A stretch of DNA of 63,151 nucleotides, filler included, from Hausera hauseri (GCA_046269625.1; 11 parts of 11 records of this genome joined end to end with filler, not necessarily neighbours in it); one strand, 5' to 3'. Numbered from the whole stretch's first letter, positions 36,698-50,945 are shown. Program-made: numbers and translations. The notes: generated by a model not told the origin, from the sequence alone.

Positions 36698-36739
36698 AAA
36701 AAACTAATTTCGCCGCCAGTACTCACGGCAGAGTCTGGC
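36698..36739 (+). promoter_or_regulatory. gag-pol -1 frameshift signal, copy 2
   Basis: Gag reads CAA AAA AAC TAA. Stems are GCCG(36712-15)/CGGC(36726-29) and CCAG(36716-19)/CTGG(36735-38). The -1 frame is open into FLIDTGA. Confidence 0.75.
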
Positions 36740-39700
36740 AAAGGCAAATGCTCTAATACTACATGTCGACACGCTTCTTTTGCAGTCTTTACACTAAAGG
36801 CTTCGATAACCACACCAAAAACTCAATCCATAGACTTCCTTATCGACACAGGCGCTGCAGCTTCTTTGCTACCACTTACTTTTCCTGAACAAAATTCACC
36901 ATTTAAAGCTAAATCGTTATTTACGGCTTCAGGACAACTGCGTTACACTTCAGGTACATATACATTGTCAATCACTTTATCAAAATTTCTTTCCACGTTT
37001 CATTGGACGTTTACCGTCGCTAACGTCCGCACAGCAATCCTAGGTTCGGATTTGTTATCGCACTATAATCTTTTAGTTGATTGTAAACAACAATGTCTGA
37101 AACGTAACACTACTGGATATCTTATCGAGCAAATAAATGGTATATCGCTAAGGCACAAACTATCTACCTGCGGAAGCCTATACTCAAAAATTTTGCAAGT
37201 AATCCAATTTTCTTCCACAAGCATTCTTAATTTAGTAAATTCTTTAATCATAATGTCGATATTCAGTCGAGATTTGGTTTTGACAATTACGATTATGTTG
37301 GTTCAGTACAATCACTAGACAAAATGACCTCTTCAAACATTATTTTAATAGTACTGTTCTACACCAAATTCCCGTTGATTTCAATAACTTGCAAACTACA
37401 CTCGTCACAGCAGGCATTGATTCAACACCATCACATTCACCAAATATCTTGCAATTGCCTTCAAGTCTACGGCAATACATACACACTTCATGCCCCCGCC
37501 TATTTCAGAAGGACCGAACCTTCACACCTACGGACAGCACTTTTCATCACATAATAACGCAGCATCAAAGACCTATTCGTCAAAAGGTACGTCCATTGTC
37601 ACATCTGCGTAAACAAGCTGTTGAAGCGGAATTTCTAGATCTCAAACGCGTCGTCATTGTACTCAGATCTAAATCATCTTGGTCTTCACCTCTACACGTC
37701 CAAAAAAGATGGATCTTTTTGACGATACGGTGATTACCGTCAACTGAACACTTTAACTGTTATAAACGCATATTCTTTACCGTTAATTAAAGATACCCTG
37801 CACTGGCTCAATTCCACTACAGTATATTCAGTCATATATTTAGCCAAAGCATATCATCAAATTCCTGTAGCATCTGAGGACATCGAGAAAACTACCATTA
37901 CGACGCCTTTCGGTCTGTACGAATACATTTATATGCCTTTTGGTTTACGCAACGCTGCACGGACTTTCCAACGTCACATCGACTCCATACTCTTAAATTT
38001 AACTTTCGCGCATCCATATATAGACGATATCTTGATTGCTTCGTCTTCAACCAAACAGCATGAGGAACATCTTTGTTCTATTTTCCAAAGGCTGAACCAC
38101 CATAATTTACAAATTACTTTTACGAAGTGTCACTTTTTCCAAAAGCGTATTAACTTTCTCGGACACATTATTTCAGCAAATTGTCATTGACCTCAGTCAG
38201 AACGGGTTGAAGCTCTCAAAAATATACAACTACCCCGAACAACATCAGAAATGAGGAGCTCCTTGGGAACCTTGCACTTCGTTCACAAGTACGTGCCGTA
38301 CTGCTCTGAACTTATAACACCATTCGCTCACTGAAGCAGTGGAAAGAAACATCAGCCAATTCAGTGAACACTTGACCTGGTCGATAAGTTTGACAAGCTT
38401 CGTAAAGGAATTAAGACCGTCGACATTCTCGTTTTCCCTGAGCCTGACGAGGAACTCATTCTTACTACAGACGCGTCAACCACTGCGGTAGGTGCTGTGA
38501 TTCATCAAAACTACAAAGGAGAAAATCGACCATTAGAATTTTTGTTTGTATGCTGACATCCCCCGAAACTCGATATTCAACGTTCGATCGAGAATTATTG
38601 GCCATCGTACTCGCTTTGAAGCATTTCTCTCACCTACTTGTTGCTCGCCGTTTTATCATACAGACCGATCACAAACCCTTGCTAAACATCATGACTATGA
38701 AACATCCTTCCTCACTTCAAGAACGACAAATATTATATTTGTTGACATTTAACTTCGACATAAGACATGTTAACGGCGTCAAAAAATTGGTTGCCGAATT
38801 CTTATCAAGGACGGTTGGTTCGATTAAATTTTCACCCATTTTTACTCAAGCACAACTCCAACAAAACCAACCACCTCAATACATGCTTAAATCTTTTAAG
38901 TCTTGCACAATTGTTGACGGGATGGCTTTAGACACTTCCAAACCGGGTCATTCTGTAATAATTCTCACACCATCTCTACAACGGCAAGCGTTTAACAATA
39001 TGCATTCACTGCACCATCCTGGTGCTAAGACAACTTTTAGCTTACTCCATCGGCAAGTAATATGGCCTACTATGCGTTCTGATGTGCAAGCGTGAGTTAA
39101 AGAGTGCGTGACTTACCAGAAATTTAAAATCACCAAACATTTAAAGCCACCCTTATATCATTTCTCTTGCACATCACGTTTCGAGTCTGTTCATGTCGAT
39201 CTTGTTGGCCCTCTTCTTCCTAACAACGGTCATCAGTTAATTTTGACCATGATGGATCGTTATCACATTGGCCAAAAGCCGTCCACTACGGAGCATTAAT
39301 ACAGACACGATAGCCGACGTTTTTATACGCACGGGGATCAGCAAATTTGGATTCCCTAGATTCATTATTACAGAACAAGGTACTCAGTTTGAGTCAAATT
39401 TCTTTAAATCTCTTGTTTACCGATTAGGAATTAGCCATATCCACACATCACTCTATCATATTCAATCGAATGGCCTTTTAGAGAGATTCTACAGATCACT
39501 AAAAACGCCATTGAGAATCCTAGCAGAATCAAATAGCAGTTGGACTACTCTCCTTCCGCTAGTTCTTCTGGGTTGGCGTAACATCCTTCTACTTCTACAG
39601 GTTGTTCACCTACAGAAGCCCTTTTTGGAACACCTGTACGTTCATTGTTTGAGTTAACGGCTTTGGAAGATACACCGACAGGCGAAGCTATCCGATCGGC

Positions 39701-41041
39701 ACAAGACCATTTTGTTGCCGTCAGCAAAGATTCCTTCTGTAGGATCTGGAATAACAATAAAACATACATACCGGAGGATCTATATTCGGCAAAATTCGTC
39801 TGGCTGAGAAATCAGACACCGTGCTGTTTCCAACCACGTTATTTGGGACCTTCGAACTCGTTCAATTGCACTTCCATAATGCCATTATTTTTAAAAATGG
39901 CAAGAAACTAGCAGTATACATCAACAACGTAAAGCCCGTTTTTTCGTCGATGATACACCTAAAATTGAACCTTCTACACCTTCTCTGACGCCACCGCCTT
40001 TTCCTATTGCTATTCCTCCAAACCATACACCTACCGCGTTACTAGAACCTACTCCTAAAACCCCTTCCACTAATCTCACCACTTTTCTTCCAGTTTCTCC
40101 TACATTTTCCCGTTCAGCTCATTCCTCGTCTCTGAACAATATACCACCTTCAACGACGACGTCCGACATAGTTTTATCTCCATCAACTTGTCAAGCAGAT
40201 GCAATGACACTAAAAATTCAAATTTGTCATTTTTAGTACCCACAGTAGAGTACTAAATACTGATGGAATACAACGTCTTGTACATACGAAAACCACATAG
40301 TTAGTCCACACTGTTTCGTTTTGCGTTCGTTTAGTATTTCCTTNNNNNNNNNNNNNNNNNNNNNNNNNNNNNNNNNNNNNNNNNNNNTTAATTAATTAAN
40401 NNNNNNNNNNNNNNNNNNNNNNNNNNNNNNNNNNNNNNNNNNNTTTACTTCAGCTGTTTGATGTTTAATTGAAGTTGTTATTGGCTTCAAATGTCACCTT
40501 ACCTGATGCTCCAGGTGTGAATCAGTTCCTAATTGAAAGCTAACTACGTCTCCCACAGCTCTGTGCCTCTGGGGACCAGCTCCAGAGTTTTATTAGTCCA
40601 GACCCAGCCTCCGTATCACCATGCACCATGTGCTGCCTTGCAGTTATATCTGACCTCCCCCCTCTCCGAAACTGCCGTCAATCCTGATTACTTCGCGTGC
40701 CATAGTGAGTCGATTTTACTAAGATTTAGAGCTTTCGGCAAGAGGTTTTTGTCAGAGTGGAAAATGGTCGAGCACTGCCGAAAATGGTCAAAAACGCTGT
40801 GTGTCCACGTTCCCCTACCACCCCCCGCCCCTTGTGCCTAGCAGAGGTTTTCGTATTTAAATGAAGTTGCTGAGAGCCATGCAAATGCAAATCAACTGTT
40901 GAGCACCGGCCTTTTGACTCTCAATCTTGCTGTAGCTAATACACATTCCTTTCTGTTCACCACCCCGGCCCGGTCTCCTCATTAACAGGGAGAAATAAAA
41001 ACGAGAAGAAGTAAAAACCACTGCCTTTATTTTGTCTAACC

Positions 41042-41786
41042 CAGTGGTTCTTAACCTGGCTTCGGTCGAACCCCAGGGGTTCGATGAGTCGGTCTCAGGG
41101 ATTCGGCGGAGCCTCTGACGCGGAGATAAGACACACTTGTGTAAAGTCATGATGACGCCCCGCTTTGCCATCACTTGCTGCAGAGGATCACGTTACATTG
41201 CTGAGCCAATCAGTTCCGTGGAGGAGCACTGATTGAAGGAGTTCTACTCACAGCATGGATTTGAACTTGTGTTTTTAATTACTTCAGCAAAGCTCAGTTT
41301 TTACCAAAAACTGTAGCCTTCGGTGTACTTCTAAATCTGCTCCTTAGTCGCATCTTTTAGGGTTGCTACTGCCTCTAGTGGTGTGGTGGTGGTAACACAA
41401 CCAATATAATTACATTACTAAATCAGAATACCGCAAAGTTTTTATTATATTTTTTTCGATCTCTTAAGAATATAGAGCTAATTAAATTATCTAAACAAGA
41501 CCTTAAAGTGGTTCCAGTTTCTCTCAATGGCCAACCTGTTGAAACTGTGGCAAATTTTAAATACCTTGGGTTGTTCCTGGACAGTCAGCTCAACTTTGCT
41601 GAAAACACTGACTATATTTTGAAGAACTGTTCTTAGAGACTCTACCTTTTAAGAAGACTTAGTGATCTATGTCTTGAATTTGAATTTGGGGGGGAATCAT
41701 ATTTTATTTATAACTACAGAAGGGTTCAGTGAATGGGCATATGAAACTGGTGGGTTCAGTACATCTAAAAAGGTTAAGAACCACTG
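41042..41786. mobile_element. Non-autonomous hAT/Charlie-type element
   Basis: Perfect 16-bp TIRs CAGTGGTTCTTAACCT / AGGTTAAGAACCACTG. Flanks GTCTAACC / GTCTAAGG give a 6/8 TSD match. Confidence 0.85.
41505..41670 (+). mobile_element. Rex1/Babar-like LINE RT fragment nested in the hAT element
   Basis: VSLNGQPVETVANFKYLGLFLDSQLNFAENTDYILKNCS*RLYLLRRL. Confidence 0.7.
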
Positions 41787-42472
41787 GTCTAAGGAAAGTA
41801 CAAAACAAAATATGTACTTTTCTTGACAAAATTGCATGTTTAAGGGAAATGAAAAAGAAAATATATACATTTCTTTTTTATTTTTTTTATTTGCTTTTAA
41901 ACATACACATACACACCAAGTTGTTGACTTTGCAGAATTTTCTCCTGATCTGGATTTGGAGAAAGAATATTAAAATAATCTATCTTATCCATTAAAATAT
42001 ATATTACATGTGTGTTAAGAGCACTGAAAAACTTAGTTTTGTTTGAATTGATGATATAAAAGAAGAATATGCATGATTACATACAATAGACTTTTGTGAA
42101 ACGTGATCTTACTTTGACATTCCTCCTATCTGAAGATTTATCTTGTGATGGGAGGAATTGCACAACTTAATCAAAATAATAATAAAAAACATGTTCCAGA
42201 GTGGTTCATTGTACATAAATTATTTTTGTGAATAATACTCAAACTAATGTTAATGTTCACCGATTGCTTTAAAGACCCAGAGTCATGCTATATTGGTAGT
42301 GGTCATTCCACATCACAATACAGGACTTAAAAAACTACAGATTTTTCAGTATTCAGTCTCTCAAGTTTAAATTGAAGAACAAAATGCTTTATAGTATGTT
42401 ATACCTACTGATAGAGTATAAACATTTGTATTCTTTTTTTGTTAGACTATAACTCACGGATTATGAATCATG

Positions 42473-42532
42473 AATCAATTCTACTTTGAACTGTCTCATT
42501 CTACTTTGAGACAGTTCAAAGTAGAATTGATT
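42473..42532. repeat. Perfect 26-bp inverted repeat with 8-nt loop
   Basis: AATCAATTCTACTTTGAACTGTCTCA-ttctactt-TGAGACAGTTCAAAGTAGAATTGATT. Confidence 0.95.
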
Positions 42533-42699
42533 AAATAAACATCTATACATTTAAAAATAATTTTAGCAATTAATTATAAAAAAAAAGAAATATACTGTCA
42601 CGTAACTTTTGAAAAAATAACTTTTAGAATGTATTTTTTTCTGTCAACTTTCATTTAACACTCCAGTCCAGTTGGTGGCAGTAATGCGCTTTCATAGTC

Positions 42700-44390
42700 A
42701 GTCAAGTAGCCGCCATTAAACTCTAGAGGAAGATTTGCACCCACGCTAAACTGGTGCTTCTGCTAAACATGAACGAAAATGCCCGTGCGTTGTGTGAAAC
42801 GGTGGAAAAAGTCCTATTTCACGGAGTTACTTTTTCAGTATCGTCTTGATATTAAGCAATGTTCCGGCGGAAAACAACAGATGACACCGCGGCGGTCCAA
42901 CAAGACAGAACTCACGGTAAGAAAGCTTTTATAAACAGCGAGCACGTGGAGCGAGGCGAGTGGCTTTGTTTGTTTCTTACAGAAAGCGGTCTGTCGTTTT
43001 CTTAATGCCGAAACAAGTGTAGGCTGAGATTTTGTATCTCTATTACATGTGATGTTCTGAACTCTTAAAAATACTCGCATCTTCTTTGATTTTTTTCAGA
43101 CCTGAAAAATGGCCAAGCCGTACCAGCCAGACCTCAGACCACGGTGCCGAGGAGCTCTTACTGAGTCCACCAGGACGAAGAGAAATTCAGTAAGTTATGA
43201 TTTCACATTTAGTGAATAGTGAACACTCGCATATTTGTAAGGAAAACTGATCTTCCGATTATTTTATTTATTTTGTTATAACGCAGTACAGCAAGGCAGA
43301 GTGTGGAAAGCAGTTAAGATCTACAAAATGGCGGACGGAGGACAGATATGAGCACTAAGCCGGTATGTATAATCATTGCGTTGATTCCCGACTGTATAAT
43401 GGTTGGTTGAGAATAATTTTAACTTATTTACTTATGTATTCTTGAGAAAGCGATATATTTGCTACAATATTTTCTTTAATTTTACATTTAATTCCAGACA
43501 CTCCACAGAATGGGACATTTGTGTCAGACTTCAGGACCGTTCTGATGTCGGTGATGAGGACAGAGATGCAGTGTGTGAGTATCTACTATTTTAGAATGTT
43601 GATATTTTATGCTTCAATATTGTTTATGTACATGATGTAATTACTCTATGTATTGACAATGCACAAAAATGTTTTCCAGCTGCATCCAGGATCTACTGCC
43701 AGTCATCCGGATGTAGCTAAAGAAAGAAGCAGGTAAGATTTATTACTAATCTAGAGATGTCACAATTCCTTGAATGATAAAAGTACTGTGATTTATTAAA
43801 ATCCATCAAAGCAAATTATCTACCTCAGAGTTTGTTGAACTATGTTTTACTATTTATTACCAACTGCTTTTAATTCTGTTTTTTTTTCTTCCAATTGTTT
43901 CCAAGTGTTTTCTCTTTTTCATTGAAGGTTTTATTTTTTGTAAGAATGTATTAGTGTGTTTTTTTGTTTGTTTTAATGTCTTATGTGTGCATACTAAGCT
44001 GGAAGTTGCCAAACAGTTTCACTGTAGTTTCATAATGACTAAAATATGCCTGTAGCTCATCATGACTGTCTTTTCTGTATTAACAGCTGATGGAGGAAGG
44101 CAGAGAGTCTGGCAGCAGAGGACGTGGCATTCTGGGAGGATGGCAGCTATGAGGCGTTGTCAGGATGGACCACAAGTTCCTCCAACCAGGAGCTCAGTGA
44201 CATCAGGACTACATTACAGGAAGAGACGTCAGCTCCACGCTACAGGAGAGATGTTGGGCCCGTCCTGAACGCAGTATAATGTCTGATCATGTTTGGACAA
44301 AAAAGCACTGCCAGATGGTCCAGAAATGGACAAGGATTTATGTCTTATTTTGTGTGCAAACAGTAAAAAAAATAAAATGAATTTTAAAAA
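42700..44390 (+). ncRNA. Putative six-exon spliced non-coding transcript
   Basis: GC-richer blocks bounded by canonical sites. Donors: 42917, 43190, 43363, 43575, 43733. Acceptors end at 43099, 43286, 43497, 43679, 44086. AATAAA is near 44371. I found no long spliced ORF. Confidence 0.45.
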
Positions 44391-44519
44391 AATCATTTTT
44401 GTCTCTTTTATGTTCTTCATATGTGAACATGTTGCATATAAGCAATATCAAATGAATATATTTTAATACAGCATGTATTTTTTATAGATTTTTTAAAATA
44501 CAGCATAAAAAATATTAAT

Positions 44520-44780
44520 GATTGGGGCGGGGTTTATTTATAAAGTCATAAGTGCTACCCAATGGGCGCACATCAGCCAACCAATCACATGTCAATGATG
44601 AACTGTGATGTCATTTTTTTTCATCCAATGACTGAGAATCCACGTGGGTCTGCTGCAGCACCTTTGCATATGCTAGGCTATTCGTATGCTAAGTAGAGTC
44701 GTTAACACCTCCCGCCCGCCCGCTCCCCCGCACCGCCACTTCCCCCCTCCAAGGATTCCGCATTCGGCCGCGTTCGGCAG
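44520..44780. promoter_or_regulatory. Promoter-like cluster (GC box, TATA-like element, several CCAAT boxes, CpG-rich tract)
   Basis: GGGGCGGGG at about 44524, TATAAA at about 44539, CCAAT at about 44559, 44581 and 44625, and GC-rich sequence at 44710-44780. Confidence 0.3.
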
Positions 44781-45130
44781 AATTCGACAGCCGTGAGTGA
44801 AACCGTACACTGCCGATTGCTGACGATATTTGACGCTGATTAGCCGCGTGTGCGTCAGAACACGGGGTCGAAAATCCCACTTTTCGTCCTGTGTTTGTAC
44901 ATGAGAATGAAGATCCAGATTAGAGTTCTGTGCATCACCAAACCTGACTTTAGGTTTGTCTGTCTGCCTTCAAATGTGAAATGTCTTCTCACACATTACT
45001 TAAACTATTTGAAACTTTATGTTTTGATGTNNNNNNNNNNNNNNNNNNNNNNNNNNNNNNNNNNNNNNNNNNNNTTAATTAATTAANNNNNNNNNNNNNN
45101 NNNNNNNNNNNNNNNNNNNNNNNNNNNNNN

Positions 45131-46198
45131 CCAATATCAGAAGGACAGCAAGGAAATCGAAGAAATATAAGAAAGCAATGCCCGAAGAAAACAAGGAAGA
45201 TTTATACTAGAAGATGGAAAAATAAAACACGAACAGGTAAGATTTGGATACCATCGAACCGACGGGTAGAAATGATAGCGCAAAACCATATCATGTTGTC
45301 TCACTCAGGATCAAAAAAAGTAATAAAATACATTGACAGTAATTGTGACATGGAAAACCTACGAGAAGCAATCCAGATAGGAGTTCGACATTGCGAAGCT
45401 TGTCAGAGAAGCAAAACTTTGACGACGAGCACGAAGAAAGAAACAGTGACCTATCAGCAAACGAGCCATTGGAGAAAATATACGTAGATATCTGTGGACC
45501 AATGAAAGAAACATGGAGAAAAAAGATACATTTTAGCAATGATAGATAATGTACAGTAAATACCCAACCCTGATTGCTATACTGAGGCAAGACGAAGCAA
45601 CCATCAAAGCAGAGATAGAAAGGAAATGGATCCTTAAATACGGAGCACCAAAAGAAATCCATACAGACTTCTAAAAACATTTGAATCAAAATTGATAAAA
45701 GACATGGCGTCATCATTGATTGTAAAAATGTGCTATTCGAGCCAATACCGCCAAACCAGAAACAGTATCATCGAGCGACAATTCCGAACAATCAAAGAAA
45801 GCATAAATGCCACGATCGACTGGGAGGACATACCACCAGAAATAGAATTTACGTTGAATGCGACAGTCCAGAAGATGACAGGTTGGAGCCCACTAGATAT
45901 AATATTTGGCAGAGAGATTTATAGAGAAAGATGGCATGAACAAAAAGAAGGAACAGAAGGGAGGAACACAGAGATTCAGGAACGACTGACGGTAAAAAGG
46001 TTGCTTGAAGTAGGGGATCGTGTTCAGGTACGGAAGGAATCCGGAACAAAGGAGAAAGACAAATACGAAGACCCGTACACGATCATTGAGAAAGTCCACG
46101 ACAGGCGATACGTAGTACGATATGAAAATGGCAAAACCTCGGACAGAAACATAGAGAAAATACGAAGATTCTTAAAAAATGGGGATGCGAGAATATAA
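45131..46198 (+). mobile_element. Ty3/gypsy family B integrase, with purine tract and LTR start TGCGAG at about 46186
   Basis: HIMLSHSG..CEACQ; IYVDICGP; IIERQFRTIK; YEDPY. Confidence 0.85.
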
Positions 46199-46479
46199 TC
46201 GAGAATTGAAATTCTATAATTAAATTAAAAGCATTTTTGAATTTTAAAGTTCGACAATGGATTTAAATTAAAAGTGTAATATTTATAGTATAATTTAATT
46301 TTGGAATTGTCGGAAAATTTGTTTCCAAATGAGTTTTTTGAGACAATAAAATTTTCAACAACTGGTATTACTTTGCAATGATTACTTGCCAACGATTAAA
46401 TTCTGATTTAGGGGGACAAACCAGGGGGTGGGGATTTTCCAACCCTACCCAAGCTGGGCTAGGATGTGGTGGGTGTGTA

Positions 46480-48804
46480 CGCATAAAATAGACACGAAAG
46501 GTGCACCAATTAACATCAAACCGCATAGACAGCCAGTGAATCTATAAGGGAAAATCGATGAGACCATCCAAAACCTATATAAAAACAATATCATCAAGAA
46601 ATATAATTCACTTTATAATACTCCGATGATCTGCATCTGGAAGAAAGAGAAAAACAATGTCAGGATTTGTCTAGACTTTAGACAGTTGAACCGCGTCACA
46701 GAAAGACAGGCGTACCCCATACCAAATATGACGGAAATAATGGATAAACTGTATGTGACTACATATTATACATCAACGCATACATGAAACGCATACTACC
46801 ATGTGGAACTAGAGGATGAATTCAAGTTAAAAACAGTTTTTTCGACTATACAGGGACAATTTTGTTTCAACAGAATGCCTTTTGGTATAACGGCAACACC
46901 AGGTAAATTACAAGAACTAATGACCAAAGTACTGGGAGATATCGAACAAACTGTATTATACTTAGACTATATATTGGTCATTTAGAAGTCATTAGAAGAA
47001 CATTATATTATACTAGAGAAAGCATTAGAACAAATCAAAAAGTTGGGACTGAGAATAAACCAAGAAAATGACACATCTTAGAAGAGGAGGTAAAATTCTT
47101 GGGACACATTTTGAATAACAAATACATACAAACAGATCCTTCCAAACTGTACGCCATCATATCGTGCGAGAAACCAAAATTTGTAAAAATCTAAATAGTT
47201 TTTTCGGGATTTGCAATTACTACAGGAGATTTATTCAAGAGTACGCCGCAAAAGCTAAGACATTAGAACAGATGCGCAAACCGGACAACATAAAATTGGC
47301 ATGGGCCGAGGCTTGTAATGAAGCATTTGAAGAAATGAAGATGGCTTTGGCGTCCCGATGAATATTAGGATTCGCAGACTTTAAGAAGTAATTTATTCTG
47401 GATACCGATACTAGCTTTGATACGGTTGAAGCAGTATTATCACAAAAATATAGTACCGGGCATGAAAGGGTAATTGCATACGGATCACACGAAATGAATA
47501 ATCAAGAAAAGGGCTATTGCATTACACGAACCAATTTCTAGCTATGTATTACTTCTGTCAACATTTTAATAATTACTTGTATGGGAGAAGGTTTACATTG
47601 AGAACGGATCGCATGGCCATTACTTTCATGCTGAAAACAAAAAAACGATAACATCACAATTCCAAACCTGGATAAAATATTTATGAAGTTTAGACATAAG
47701 ACTAGAATACAGGAAAGGAACGGATCACGCAAACTCCGACATGTTATCCCGGACTAATTGCGGCACATGCAGCCAATGCATGTTGACTCACTTGAGGCCA
47801 AATCCCATAAGTTTAAGACTAGGAGGATGAACGCAGTATAATCGACAGAAGCATATCCATAACAAAGAGGCGGCAAAGAAATTGAAGAAATAAAAGAAGA
47901 CACATTGGAAATTCTTAATAGAAATGGCATAGTAAAGGCAAGAACAGTCAAAATATGGATGCCAACGGATAGGAGGGAGAAATAATAAATCAATTCCATG
48001 TCATTCTATCCCACGACTGAATAGAAAAAGTAAGAAAATACATAAGCAACAACTACAATTTGATAAAAGTGAAAGACACTATCAAGGAAGTGATTGGACG
48101 TTGTGAGACATCTCAAACCGTGACAAAGGGTACGAAGAAAGAAACCCTGAGACTCACTGCAAGCGAGCCATTCGAGAATATCTACATTGATATTTGCGGC
48201 CCGTTACAAGAAACATGGAAGCAGAAAAACGCATACTGGCCATCATAGACNNNNNNNNNNACACAGATTGCGGAAAAGCATTTGAATCTAACGTATTTAA
48301 AGACATGACGGCGTCAATGGGCATCAAGGTGTGCTATTTGAGCCCGTATCATCACAACACCAATGGCATAGTGGAAAGGCAATTCCTGACAATTAGAGAA
48401 TATATAGGTGCGACTCTACACGATCGACAACGAGCAGATTGGAAAGAGATACTACCAGAGATAGAATTCACGTTGAACGTGACAGTTCGGAATACAACAG
48501 GGAAGAGCCCAGCAGAAATAATATTTGGAAGAACAATACACGGAGAGAGATGGCATTGACAGAATAAATCAATAAAATTAACAAAGAGCAACGATCCAGA
48601 AAAGATACCAATAAAACGAGTAATCAGGGTCGGAGAAAGTGTACTAATACAGAGAGAATCAGGAGCAAAAGATAAAGACAAATATGAAGGGCCTTACGAA
48701 GTCATCGAGAGGAAGGACAATAGATAATATGTACTGCAACACGCGGACGGCAGAATTCTGAAAAGAAATGTGGAAAAACTGCGTAAATTATTAAAGGAGG
48801 GAGA
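46480..48804 (+). mobile_element. Ty3/gypsy family B RT-RNase H-integrase, decayed, ending in PPT AAAGGAGGGAGA before TGTGAG (48805)
   Basis: VRICLDFRQLN; RMPFGI; LYLDY; LDTDTSFD; IYIDICGP; NGIVERQF; YEGPY. A 10-N gap lies at 48251-48260. Confidence 0.9.
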
Positions 48805-50945
48805 TGTGAGCAGGAATTGAGACAGCCAGCAGAATGTCAGGAAATTCAGAAAAGAAGGAAAATAAGACTCATTTCCCGAATGAAGGAGATAAGTGTTATA
48901 TAAACTATTATAATAAACCGCTTATGGATAATTCTATTTTACGATCATCAAATGACGTTGAGGTCGGGATGGTAGAGACCCAATCTACTAACAGTAGTGG
49001 AGTGCATTAATACTTTTATATATAAAATTAAAGAGTGTGAAACATTTATTAACACAACAATAACACTTGTGTAATATATACATTACTATCCTCATCACTA
49101 GCAGTTTCATGCAGTATAGATTTAACTGAAACATTGAACAATAACAAGATTTAATAAAATAAAAACACTTAATAATTTACTTATCTATTTTTAACAAGTT
49201 TCCTGATGGGTTGAATTTTTCCATCTTTTTCCCTTATTCCTTGTATGCATACTTTAACATATGCTTGTGTGTACTCTGAGAGATCCATTGTTTGTATCTT
49301 AAAGTCCATAATATTTTTGAACTTAGTTGCATCAGCCAGGAAATATTGTTCTCCGTCATTTTTTAGCATGTCATCANNNNNNNNNNNNNNNNNNNNNNNN
49401 NNNNNNNNNNNNNNNNNNNNTTAATTAATTAANNNNNNNNNNNNNNNNNNNNNNNNNNNNNNNNNNNNNNNNNNNNGTTTTAACTGAAATCTACGGTTCT
49501 AGCAGAACTAGTCAACTTGTTTCAGAGTAATTGAAAAATTACGTTGGATAGTTGCATTATGTATATTTTTAGGTACCGCTCGTTGTCATCATCTATTAAA
49601 GAATTCTTCAGCCAATGGAACAAAAAAGAAGACTGTTATTGAAAAATATTCAGAATTTCTCTATGCTCTGATTAGCTCGAATCAGGAACATAGACATCTT
49701 GTGATGGATATTTTGATGAACTTTGACAACATTGATAATGGCATGGACGTAGGATATGTTCAAAAGCCATTATTGACATTGATTCAATATTTGCAAGTTC
49801 AGAGTTCCCTATTGTAATCAATGCTTCAAAAATATTAACAGATATTTACATGGAATTATATTCTTTCGAGGGTAATATAAAACCACCATTTCTGTCAGTG
49901 ATTGGTGAAAACGTCCAAAAATTTTTATTCACTGTTTGTTGTAATTTTAATTCAAAGTGTATCAGTGGATCTGCAGGAAATGTCGAAAAATCTAATAATG
50001 TCCACGAACAAATCCTACAAAACAGAAATAACATATCAGTACTCAGTAAAGTGAAACATGTATTACAGTTAGCGACAGATTTTCTTGTCATCGGTAATCA
50101 GTGGCTTGATTTAGCAGCGTTATTTGTCACTGAGACTGATCGTATTTTCAAAGAATTGGTTGAGACTAGTCCTCCGAACAGTACAAACACTTTCAGAAAG
50201 ATGACCAGACATTTAAAATATCGTGTCTTGGAGTTAGCGTTTTTATAGGTTTATTGTATTTCTTTTACCAAGCGACAGAAATAAAGCAAACACCAAATTT
50301 ATTTGGTAAACGTTTAAAAACATTTTAAACATCCAGTGTCCAATTATGTTAGCTTTTGCACTTTCGGCTACATCACATAATCAGACAACCTTACAAAGAG
50401 CACTTGCACTCCAGGGTGTTTGTTTACATCTTCCAGATTTTAATGTTGGAATAATGGGCAAAAATATGCAGGTTTTCAACGGAATTAACTAAATCAATGT
50501 CTTGAATATCCTCAAAATAATAAAATGGTTTCTAACGTATACCCAAAGAAAGACATGCCTCAAACGTCAACTAAAAGCGCCGATGGCGATACAAAAATGA
50601 ACAACGATATTGGAACTATACATGTTGAAAGAATAAAATCCGGTAACGAAAATCCCGACATAAACTCAAATCGTTCTAATCGTTGTGAAACGACATTGAA
50701 GTCTGATCGAAATAATAATTTATTAAATGTTAACACAAAAACAAACGATATTTTAAATCAAACTACTGATGTTGTAATGCCAAATACACAACCAGATAAC
50801 ATCAAAATACAATCTACAATGGGGAATACTGAGTTTGCAAATTTGGAAAGGAGAGTTCAGCAAATAATACATAAATGGATAGACAATCCTAAAACAAACG
50901 TTTCTACAGCCGAGACATGCCGTCTTTGAATATCGTATTCAGTCA

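Larger units (their letters stand above)
35390..40200 (+). mobile_element. CsRn1-like Ty3/gypsy element, copy 2, decayed
   Basis: Gag similar to copy 1 (PYTQLFDAVLK..NENAMGTQKP); double CHCC at 36471-36617; FLIDTGA; PYIDD; DRELLA; HHPG; VHVDLVGP; LLERF. Confidence 0.92.

Noticed and set aside
40744-40790. V(D)J recombination signal (GGTTTTTGT nonamer)
   Set aside because: No CACTGTG heptamer at 12 or 23 nt spacing.
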